Source: Macrostomum lignano (Eukaryota). From it: a stretch of 64,000 nt of DNA. The DNA lies in NCBI GenBank assembly GCA_002269645.1, contig NIVC01000486.1, forward strand, positions 62,001 through 126,000, read 5' to 3'. How positions within the stretch are numbered: position 1 is the first letter of the stretch; every line of letters starts with the position of its first letter. The position numbers and the translations under genes are program-made. The notes under the pieces are model-generated. The model was not told where the DNA came from and made no database searches. It was given only the letters and a program-made list of their open reading frames with translations. Positions 25,145 through 33,282 of the stretch are shown here, one piece after another.

Positions 25145-25585
25145 CTATTTTATAGAGTCTAAAATCGCTTTAAATACTTCGGGGGTTACACGAGCTTCAT
25201 TCGAAAGTCGATATAAAAAATACAACACCGCTTGTCCGCAATAACTTTTGTCAAAGGTTTGAAATTGTTCGTGATGATCTCCACATAAACGATTTTTAGT
25301 ATGATTAAATTTATCTCTTATTTCCTGTAACGGAGGAAGCGCGTATGAATCAAAAAAATAAACAAGTTTAGGTTTGGAATAAACTGCCGACCAATGAACA
25401 CCATTTTCTTTTGTCGTTTCGATGTTGACAATGAAACATCCATATATTGGTAAATCTTTTATCTCATCCCGCATAACATATCTGAATGGTTTTATTTTTA
25501 GTTGCCGCGCCCAATTTGTTAATTCGATATTGCTTGTTGTGTCTGTTCCATATCTTTGTTTAAAATCATCCCACGTCATGGTCAT
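25145..25585 (-). CDS. Adenain-like cysteine protease
   Basis: GVHWSAVY (His), YFFDSY (Asp), QTFDKSYCGQ (Gln/Cys). Confidence 0.93.
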   Translation of the reverse strand: MTMTWDDFKQRYGTDTTSNIELTNWARQLKIKPFRYVMRDEIKDLPIYGCFIVNIETTKENGVHWSAVYSKPKLVYFFDSYALPPLQEIRDKFNHTKNRLCGDHHEQFQTFDKSYCGQAVLYFLYRLSNEARVTPEVFKAILDSIK

Positions 25586-25615
25586 TTTATGTTCCTGAAA
25601 AACTCTTGGTTTTGG

Positions 25616-25756
25616 TTAGTTTTGTAGGTTTGGATTTAACAGTTCCTTTCGGATTTTTTCTGCCTGTAATTGTTTTAATTTTGTTAATTCGATTTCATAA
25701 TTATCTTTTGCATTTTGAACTTTCTCTGATTGTTTTTTTAAACTATTGTTACCCAT
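25616..25756 (-). CDS. 46-aa coiled-coil-like ORF below the ORF-track cutoff (MGNNSLKKQSEK...)
   Basis: TAAAAATG start; fills the gap between the penton and protease genes. Confidence 0.5.
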   Translation of the reverse strand: MGNNSLKKQSEKVQNAKDNYEIELTKLKQLQAEKIRKELLNPNLQN

Positions 25757-25800
25757 TTTTACTATAGGAAACGGACAATGTCCTCGAACCGAAGGTTCGG

Positions 25801-26586
25801 CTAAACCTGTTTTATACGTAAAATCACTGTTATTGACTGCCCACCAAAACTTATTAATCTATCGGTTTCGTCTACAATCCTAATATAAATTGATTGAACA
25901 CTATATTGATTTAATGGGTAATATATTGGGGTTTGAGGTGAAACAATCATTTTCTCTCCAATTGGAACAGCAAGAAATGGGATTGAATAAATAATTCCAC
26001 GTTGAACCAAAACTCCGTTATCGTCTGTTATATAACCGCCGTTTGATATGTCGGTTGTTATATTAATTGTGTTGACTCCGCCCTCGATATTTCCAACTGT
26101 ATCGCCGGTGCTTGATGTGGTAACTATTCGGGAATTAAATCCAAGTATGGTTCTGAGTGAATTTGTAATTGTAAAATCAACCTGATATCCGGATTCTAGG
26201 GAGAGTGTGAATCTGCCAGATGGTAAATCAACACCTATAACAATCGCGCCCGCTACCCAATCGCCGTTAGCTGTTAATTCTCCTTCTATATAAGCGTTCA
26301 AATCAGTATAGCTATACGCACCCGGGCTAACACTAAATGTTGTCCAATTGGCTCCGGAATCTTTAGAATATCTAAATTGATTATTTGTTGCATTAATTAA
26401 TTGAGGCATGTTGAAAACCGAAAATAATATCAAACCTATTTTATAACTTAGGCTTTGATCAAGTTGTAACGGATCGCGCAATTGAATCCGTTGCTCGCTG
26501 GTTGTCATTATAAACTGTAAAGTTGTACTAAATTTTGAATTAGTTCTATCTACCAATTGTTTTATAGTATTTAAATTTGTTGCCAT
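25801..26586 (-). CDS. Minor capsid protein (penton, single jelly roll)
   Basis: TNNQFRY...SPGAYSYTDLN...LRTILGF...PIYYPL...IRIVDETDRLISFGG pattern of Polinton minor capsids. Confidence 0.85.
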   Translation of the reverse strand: MATNLNTIKQLVDRTNSKFSTTLQFIMTTSEQRIQLRDPLQLDQSLSYKIGLILFSVFNMPQLINATNNQFRYSKDSGANWTTFSVSPGAYSYTDLNAYIEGELTANGDWVAGAIVIGVDLPSGRFTLSLESGYQVDFTITNSLRTILGFNSRIVTTSSTGDTVGNIEGGVNTINITTDISNGGYITDDNGVLVQRGIIYSIPFLAVPIGEKMIVSPQTPIYYPLNQYSVQSIYIRIVDETDRLISFGGQSITVILRIKQV

Positions 26587-26634
26587 TTTTATAGTGGTAA
26601 ATCGCCCCGTAGGGTCGCGTTCCGAAGGAACGAA

Positions 26635-27399
26635 CTAAGTCTCTTCTTCCTCATTATCTTCTTTTATCAGATCTCTTAAGATTCGATTTTTCCTTTCTAA
26701 CCTAGGGTTGATATATATATGTTTGTATTGGCTGTCATCCCAAATTTTTTTACACATACTTTTAAATGGTTTTATATCCAACCCGGGATTAAATCTAGCG
26801 TGTATATTTTGTAAATCATAATTATCTAAATCAAACATTACACAACAACTTGCATTGTTTTTTATAATCGATTCTAATTCTCTAAAGGACTGTGTTAGAT
26901 AAAAAGCTCCAATTCCATCTCCTCTACCACTAACAAAAATTTCCTTTTGTAATTCTTGATCGCCGTCGTTAATACAATCATCAAAAATAATTAGTGTTTT
27001 ATCATTTTTTGGAATTTGATGATAGGGTAACCGGGTCGATACTCTAACAGTTGGGGCTCGTTCGGTGATGTTTTCCGGTTGTTGTGCCATTGTTTTACAT
27101 AAATCCTCAATGTCATCGAGTGTAAATCGCGGTTCGTCATCATCCTCATATTGCTCATATGCTCTTAACATTCTAAACAAGACATCTTTTTTTAATTTGT
27201 TTTTTAATCCATGTTTAAGAAATTCATAATATTTTATTCTAGGTTTGTTAGTATAAATTATTAAATTATTATAGTCTATCATTCCATCGGTTGTTAACAG
27301 GTCATAAACAAAGTGTGTTTTTCCTTTACCCGACCCACCAATTACTAAACAAAGAAAAGGATCATTTGGAAATATCTTATTGTGTTTTGCTTTTACCAT
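26635..27399 (-). CDS. A32-like (FtsK-HerA) genome packaging ATPase
   Basis: Walker A GGSGKGKT, Walker B LIIFDD, GR....FYLTQSF motif. Confidence 0.93.
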   Translation of the reverse strand: MVKAKHNKIFPNDPFLCLVIGGSGKGKTHFVYDLLTTDGMIDYNNLIIYTNKPRIKYYEFLKHGLKNKLKKDVLFRMLRAYEQYEDDDEPRFTLDDIEDLCKTMAQQPENITERAPTVRVSTRLPYHQIPKNDKTLIIFDDCINDGDQELQKEIFVSGRGDGIGAFYLTQSFRELESIIKNNASCCVMFDLDNYDLQNIHARFNPGLDIKPFKSMCKKIWDDSQYKHIYINPRLERKNRILRDLIKEDNEEEET

Positions 27400-27484
27400 T
27401 TTTAAAGATAAAATTTAAATTGGTGCGACGGTCGGAGACCTGCGCCGCTTACAGCGGGGCGACGTGCTTTGCACTGCGCTCATT

Positions 27485-28957
27485 TTACAATGGCGCGTCC
27501 CGAACGATAGTGCCATCAGCTTTAGCAATTGATAAATATTCCTCTAGAAACAATACGTGGGCGTCGATTGCCTGATTACCGGTTTTATTAATCTCTAACA
27601 TATAATTAAGTCCAATATTGGCTACGTTTTCTTTCTGTGCCGTTAGATCATAAACAACCACTGGATGGATGTTTAGAAACTCTGTGGGAGTGTACTGAGG
27701 AACGGCAAACGCTTCATTTTTGGCATAATCTTGATAATATTTTATAAAATCATTAACATCATTATTTGCAATATTTAGATTAAGAGGATCTTTAACCGGA
27801 TAGTATTGGTCATCAACCTGCAGGCGGATATTCTGAACATTAAACTCGTTAATAGCCGCAACCGCATTATCTGTTGCAGTGGCCGCTTGTGCTGCTATGG
27901 CACCCGATTGAAGCCAATATAAATCCCCGTTTGCTCTTTTACTCCTTCTATTTGTTATCTTAAACCAAACAAAAATATATCTCACCCGACGTTTTGATGT
28001 CAGTATTTGCCACTGGAATGAATCCTGATTGTTATTAATGGTTCGCATAAAATGTCTACGATTCAAATAAAATATTTCTTGATCATGCGTTAACTGATTA
28101 TCGACATGTTTTAATAGTGGTGCTGTTACCTCGATAGTTGGCACGACTAATTGTATTGATGCTATACTAACTGCTATATCGGTTGAAATCGAGGTTCCAT
28201 AAAGTATCCTAGGCTGATACCCACCAGATATTTGCAACTGTACCCCAAATTTTAATCCTTTCCATACCCGATTTGGTGAGAAGAATCCAAATAGTGGAAA
28301 GATTGAAAAGTCCTGCTCATATGCCGTTGCCGTGGTTAAAACTGCAACTGGGAATTTATTCCGACGATCTATAAAACCGGTGTTAATATCTTTTGTATTA
28401 GTCATAGTGGTTACAACTGGAACTATATTGGTATTAAGGTAAGCAATTAGAGCTGCAGTATCTGCACCAGCTGCGTTTTGTACATTAGGGAAAACTACTG
28501 CTTGACCGTTACCTTTATCAGGCATCCACCCAACATTATCACCAACTTGTTTTGATAAATAAGTATAATTTAAATGTTTCAAAACTCCATTAATCTCTGC
28601 GGGGTTTGATGATGTCTCAACCTCGGCACCATTAACAGTTAGTTGAGCTTGGGAAAAACATTTATAAAACCAATCATTTTCTATTATTATTCCGGATCGA
28701 TCTGCGATATCTCCGGCTGCAAGAGCAGTTCCATCATTTCTAGTATACAACCATCTAACGCGGAAAAATGCATTTTTCATATCCAATATGGTGTTGGTTG
28801 CGCCGATGTCAAAAGCTACCGTTCTGCTAGTAAAGTTATTTGTATTATCACTTGTTGGTAGGGTATAATTTAAATCTCTTGCTCTGGCCTCATTAATATA
28901 CTGGCGGTGCTTTTTGAAATAAAATTTATCACTCCATATAGTTTTTGTTTCAGCCAT
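27485..28957 (-). CDS. Major capsid protein (double jelly roll), intact 490 aa
   Basis: Size, position next to the ATPase and penton, and motifs LDMKNAFFRV, FSQAQLTVNGAEVE, IRLQVDDQYYP, PVVVYDLT. Confidence 0.8.
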   Translation of the reverse strand: MAETKTIWSDKFYFKKHRQYINEARARDLNYTLPTSDNTNNFTSRTVAFDIGATNTILDMKNAFFRVRWLYTRNDGTALAAGDIADRSGIIIENDWFYKCFSQAQLTVNGAEVETSSNPAEINGVLKHLNYTYLSKQVGDNVGWMPDKGNGQAVVFPNVQNAAGADTAALIAYLNTNIVPVVTTMTNTKDINTGFIDRRNKFPVAVLTTATAYEQDFSIFPLFGFFSPNRVWKGLKFGVQLQISGGYQPRILYGTSISTDIAVSIASIQLVVPTIEVTAPLLKHVDNQLTHDQEIFYLNRRHFMRTINNNQDSFQWQILTSKRRVRYIFVWFKITNRRSKRANGDLYWLQSGAIAAQAATATDNAVAAINEFNVQNIRLQVDDQYYPVKDPLNLNIANNDVNDFIKYYQDYAKNEAFAVPQYTPTEFLNIHPVVVYDLTAQKENVANIGLNYMLEINKTGNQAIDAHVLFLEEYLSIAKADGTIVRDAPL

Positions 28958-28991
28958 TTTTTTAAGTTAAAAAAGTTTTTTATGTTAAAAA

Positions 28992-29687
28992 ATGAGCCAA
29001 TTTATGGACGTTGATGGAGAGTTAGCGATTTATAAAGAGAAGCAAAGATATTCTGATTTTGTTAGAAATTTACAAAAAAGAAAGTTAGGAATAGAATTAG
29101 CTGGCGAAAGATTTGCTGCTCCTTTTGTTAATCCTATTACGGGGAAAATTAGTGAACTAGAAAAAACAGATAAAGGCCTTCTGGAAAAAACAGATAAAGG
29201 CCTTCTGGAAAAAATTGCTAAAAATACGGAGCCAAAAGAGGATGAAATTTTGGATGAGCCGCCTGCTTATGAGGTTGATAACGCACTATTGAGAGTTGCA
29301 GAGATTAGGGCTGCAGAAAGGGATGGAGTTGAACAATTTCAAAGAGATGCGCCACGTAGTATTGCTGTTACAGATTTAGGTAGTGGTAATTATCGAATTG
29401 GTGGAGTTGATAAAAATCGAAATGAACTATATAGAGAATTGGGCGGAGCATTTAATATTATTACGAACCCTAGGGTAAAATTTAGCCCCAATTTATATAC
29501 TAGAGGTGAATTAGTAAGTGCAAAAAATTTTTATGATGAGTTAGGAGTACCAGCTATTAAAAATACCAGCTTGTATAAAAGGATTGTTAATTCTATAAAT
29601 AACATGCCGGCTGTTGGTGAAGGATTTAAAACTCCTAGAAAACTTGTTTTAGCTGCCGCGAAAGCTGCTGGACATACAGGTATTTAA
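28992..29687 (+). CDS. Polinton protein of unknown function (231 aa), possibly related to the conserved PZ-type ORF
   Basis: AAAAATG start; VGEGF and LAAAKAAGHTG motifs. Family assignment is tentative. Confidence 0.55.
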   Translation: MSQFMDVDGELAIYKEKQRYSDFVRNLQKRKLGIELAGERFAAPFVNPITGKISELEKTDKGLLEKTDKGLLEKIAKNTEPKEDEILDEPPAYEVDNALLRVAEIRAAERDGVEQFQRDAPRSIAVTDLGSGNYRIGGVDKNRNELYRELGGAFNIITNPRVKFSPNLYTRGELVSAKNFYDELGVPAIKNTSLYKRIVNSINNMPAVGEGFKTPRKLVLAAAKAAGHTGI

Positions 29688-29715
29688 TTAATTGTTAAAT
29701 TTATTTTTTTATAAA

Positions 29716-30330
29716 ATGGAATCTAAATTTTGTAATAAATGTAAAGAAGAGAAAATTTTGGATTATTTTAGATTTCGTAGAGATCAAAATAGATATTATA
29801 GTATTTGCAAACCTTGTGAGAGAAAGTATGATAAAGAATGGTATGAGAAAAATCGTGAATATAAGCTTCAATGGAAAAAAGAATATGATAAAAATAATAT
29901 AGAAAGGCGCAGAAAATATCAAAATGAAAGAAGATTAACTGATGAAAATTACAAACTTATTTTAAACACACGAAATAGAATATATTCTCTTCTAAAATCT
30001 AATAATGCTCGAAAAAATAATCATACTGTTGATTACCTTGGTTGCTCAATTGAATTCTTTACTGATTGGTTAAATTTCACAAAACATTATTATGTGCCAA
30101 AAGATTATATTGGTGTTTTGCATGTTGACCATTTTATTCCTGCTTCATCTTTTGATTATCGCGATGAAGAACAAATTAAAAAGTCTGAAAATTGGAGAAA
30201 TAAAAGATACTTAGTTGCTGTAGATAATATTTCAAAAAATGATAAACAACCAACCATAGAAGAATTTGCAAAACAATTGGTGCTTTCAAGTATTTTTAAG
30301 GCTATTAAAAATGAGCCAATTAGTGTTTGA
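29716..30330 (+). CDS. Free-standing HNH homing-endonuclease-like protein (204 aa)
   Basis: N-terminal CNKC...CKPC zinc motif, basic helical region, YLGCS..F..WL and LHVDHFIPASSFD...N...DNISK, as in giant-virus-type HNH proteins. Confidence 0.8.
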   Translation: MESKFCNKCKEEKILDYFRFRRDQNRYYSICKPCERKYDKEWYEKNREYKLQWKKEYDKNNIERRRKYQNERRLTDENYKLILNTRNRIYSLLKSNNARKNNHTVDYLGCSIEFFTDWLNFTKHYYVPKDYIGVLHVDHFIPASSFDYRDEEQIKKSENWRNKRYLVAVDNISKNDKQPTIEEFAKQLVLSSIFKAIKNEPISV

Positions 30331-31940
30331 AGGAGGATTGTTAGATGTTCAAAAAGGATTAACAAGCTTACCACCAATCTTTACTACTGGAAGGTATACA
30401 AATAAATTACACATCCCATCTTACAACTTCGCGGGTGGAGCTCGAGCTGTGCCCGAGTGGTAGATGCAAAGCTACTGCTAGTCACTATTAGTGGCAACAC
30501 CAGCCGCTCACTCAATCCCCTAAAGCTTCAAGTACCACTTTGTTTTCGAAAGATTACAAAGGAACAGAGGTAACTCCTCTTCCCAACGGTAACAAGCTTG
30601 AAGATAAATATATGGGCAAGAGTGAATCGAAAACCTAACCTCATATGACTTGAGTATGGTTGAGATGCAACGACTGTACGCTGGTGGGCTTGAAGGACTT
30701 AGTCAATCCTTATGATAGCTTAAGACACAGTCTACTCCTTTGTGAAAGCAAAGGTATAAAGGCCGGGTTGACTCGACTCGATCTCCGATTAAATCCTGAT
30801 AATACACCAAAAGCCGATTCAATTCCCATTAACGGTATTGATTGGTTAGCATACTATCATGACTTAGCATACAGAGATGCTGATAAGAACTCACCCGAGG
30901 AAGCATTAAGATTAAAACATGAAGCTGATAGAAAAATGATTCAAGGATTAGATAACTTACAGGGGTTATCGGTAAGCCAAAGATTAACTCGGTGGATGGT
31001 TAAAAAAATCTTACAATCTAAAGTTAAATTTGGATTGGGAATTAATTACAATCAACATGGAAATAATTGTGTTGAGTGTTTATTATTAAGTGGCAGTGGG
31101 TTAAGTTCTGATGAGGCAAAGATTCTTCATAAAGAATATCGAAAACCTAAATTTTATAGAAAAATCATGAACTTCAAAAAGAATGAAATTTGGTATGCTG
31201 ATTTAATGTCTATGCCGATCGAAAGAGGATATAAATATATCTTAACCATATTAGATGGTTTTACTCGATATGCGTGGGCTGTTCCTTTAAAATCCAAAAA
31301 AGGAGAGGATGTTGCGGCTGCTTTTAGAAGTCTTGGAGAAAAAAGTGAACGATCGAACGGAGTTCGCGTTCTTTCAGAACGATTATGTGTTGATGAGGGA
31401 AAAGAATTTTACAATCCTCATATGTATAAATTATATCATTTTGAAAAAGGACAAGAAAGGAAGAAAGGCGCGAATGGGGAGTATATTAATAAAATTTATT
31501 CTATTTATGGAGAAAGTAAAAACGCATTAATAGAAAGATTTAATCGAACTGTAGGTAAGAAATTGTGGTTTCAGTTTAGTCTTAATGGTAACCAAAAGTG
31601 GGTAAAAATATTACCAGACGTTGTGAAAGATTATAACAATTCATATCATTCGGCTATAAAGATGACTCCTCAACAAGCTTATAACAATCCTGAAAAAGTT
31701 AAAGTTACTTTTGGAGAATTTGAAAAAAATAAAAAGAAATCTTTTAAGGTTGGTGATTCTGTTTATATCTATAAATGGAAAAATAAGTTTGAAAAGGGAA
31801 GAAAAGGATATTGGAAAATAAGTGAGAAATTTACCATCAGTAGGGTTTTAAATACCAATCCTACAACCTATATAATTGCTGATAAGGATGGTGAAGAAAT
31901 ATTGGGTTCGTTTTATGAGAACCAATTAATACTAGTTTAA
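30311..31940 (+). CDS. Parvovirus-type phospholipase A2 fused to a retroviral-like DDE integrase, interrupted by a group I intron
   Basis: Exon 1 ends LHIPSYNFAG. Exon 2 (PG)TRLDLRLNPD...INGIDWLAYYHDLAY carries the HD dyad. Integrase motifs WYAD, LCVDEGKEF, IERFNRT, YNNSYHSAIKMTP, then an SH3-like C-terminus. Confidence 0.9.
30437..30762 (+). ncRNA. ORF-less group I self-splicing intron with a P5abc extension (IC/IE-like)
   Basis: P1 CGGGU/GCCCG(30451-55); P3 30498-504/30680-86; P4 30508-13/30620-25; P5a 30526-32/30597-603; P5b with GAAA loop; P5c; P6; P7 A(C)GACUG 30670-76/CAGUCU 30728-33; J8/7 AAGACA; P8; P9 30737-54 with GAAA. The 3' G could be 30761, 30762 or 30770. Confidence 0.9.
31354..31381. 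other. GC-rich double hairpin in frame inside the integrase
   Basis: CGAAC-GGA-GTTCG directly followed by CGTTC-TTTCA-GAACG; CGAT recurs at a 30-bp offset. Confidence 0.8.
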
Positions 31941-31944
31941 TTTT

Positions 31945-32169
31945 TTATTTGAGGCAACAAGGTAGTAAATTTTTTATTACAAACAAAAACAATATTATTA
32001 CTATTATTGTTACTAATATTATTATTGACATTTGTTCAACGGTGATTAGACTTAAATTTTGATTAAGTTCATTAACCGGCACATTTCCGATGTAGGAATA
32101 ATTTACCTTCATTTTTTTATATATATTTTTCATAATAAATGTCGTTTCTGTTATAGAATAATAATTCAT
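31945..32169 (-). CDS. Small protein with one C-terminal transmembrane segment (74 aa)
   Basis: Hydrophobic IIILVTIIVIILFLFVI; AAAATG start. Confidence 0.55.
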   Translation of the reverse strand: MNYYSITETTFIMKNIYKKMKVNYSYIGNVPVNELNQNLSLITVEQMSIIILVTIIVIILFLFVIKNLLPCCLK

Positions 32170-32184
32170 TTTTTAAATATTTTT

Positions 32185-32499
32185 TTACATAAAAATTTCA
32201 ATTTCATTCTCAGAATCACTGGTTTCATATGAACTATTTGTTGATTCGGAATCTGTTGATCTAACCTCCCAATCATCCGAATTTAAATAATCTCCAAGTT
32301 GAAATATTAACTCTCCCTCTTGTTCTAAATCATACATCTCATCTAGCTCTAATGGATAAAGTTTTAGGTCATGCTTGTCGTCATATTTTAAATAAACTTC
32401 ATCAATTATTCCGTTCAAGATATGTTGTTTTATTATCTCTGCATTTTTAGCAACAGTCTCAAAAGTATCACTAACAGAAAAGGTGTAAACTCGGCTCAT
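32185..32499 (-). CDS. Small acidic Polinton protein (104 aa) starting at the inner edge of the right TIR
   Basis: TAAAAATG supplied by the TIR. Confidence 0.6.
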   Translation of the reverse strand: MSRVYTFSVSDTFETVAKNAEIIKQHILNGIIDEVYLKYDDKHDLKLYPLELDEMYDLEQEGELIFQLGDYLNSDDWEVRSTDSESTNSSYETSDSENEIEIFM

Positions 32500-32823
32500 T
32501 TTTAGTAACAGAAAAAGACCCTTCGCGCCTGCGGCGCGTGCGAGGGGTTATAGAGTAGTAGTAATGAAAACAACTCTTCTAGATCAGACCTTATTTTAAT
32601 GGCCGTTTGTAAGGTCTTAAGAGGGGGGACGCGAGGGGATTAATACTAAGTGTTGGGAATGATTTTTATTGATTTTTGTTATTAGGGGGTTTTTAGATGT
32701 GTTTTTGTGTTGGTGGGTGTTTAGATGTGTTTTTTTAATTTCCCCTCGTGTCCCCCCTCTAGACCCTTAAAACGGCTGTTAAAAAAGTGCTCTGGGTCTA
32801 GAAGAGTTGTTTTGCCTACTACT
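32498..32823 (-). repeat. Right TIR (326 bp)
   Basis: Reverse complement of 8002-8327; overlaps the ATG of ORF 32185-32499. Confidence 0.97.
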
Positions 32824-33282
32824 AACATCTTTCAGAACCCGAGAAGGAGTAGTACTTCAAATACATGCACAGAAAAGCAGATTGAAATAATATTTAAGTG
32901 AAGTATGTGGTAGTAATTTTGAGATATTTATTTCACCAACGAAAAACACCAACAAATGTTGATTTATTGGCAAGCAACAACTGGCACAAAAATGGATTTT
33001 CATATTTATCATACAATACTCTCGAGAAGTTGCATGTGTGAAGGCTTCACAGGAGAATTAGGAATTCTAATGACTAACAAGCTTAGAGTACAGCAACTAA
33101 CTAGTCAATCGGGTTGATGACTATTGAGAGATTAGTTATATCCATACATTACAAAAAGAAGAAATGCACGTGTGTTAGTCTGCTGCTATCAACAAGCTGA
33201 GCAAAAACCTAACAAATTATTTTCGCCTTGCCCTACCAGTAGGTGACGTCATCACATTCGGTCACTTTGACAAATTACATCG

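Larger units (their letters stand above)
8002..32823. mobile_element. Full-length Polinton/Maverick (adintovirus-like endogenous DNA virus), 24,822 bp including secondary insertions
   Basis: AGTAGT...ACTACT termini, 326-bp TIRs, 6-bp TSD AACATC (7996-8001/32824-32829). Encodes pPolB, integrase, ATPase, protease and capsid proteins. Confidence 0.98.
7124..32859 (+). mobile_element. Solo LTR (about 908 bp) split by the Polinton: 7124-8001 plus 32830-32859
   Basis: Starts TGTAGT and ends ACTTCA. 4-bp TSD AATA (7120-7123/32860-32863). TATAAAT at 7620. Confidence 0.75.

Noticed and set aside
25616-25756. N-myristoylation of the 46-aa MG-starting ORF
   Set aside because: Ser is at position 5, not the MGxxxS consensus position; unsupported.
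30660-30761. N-terminus MRCNDCTLVG... of the 426-aa ORF as real protein
   Set aside because: It is group I intron sequence (P7-P9); the true start is ATG 30311.
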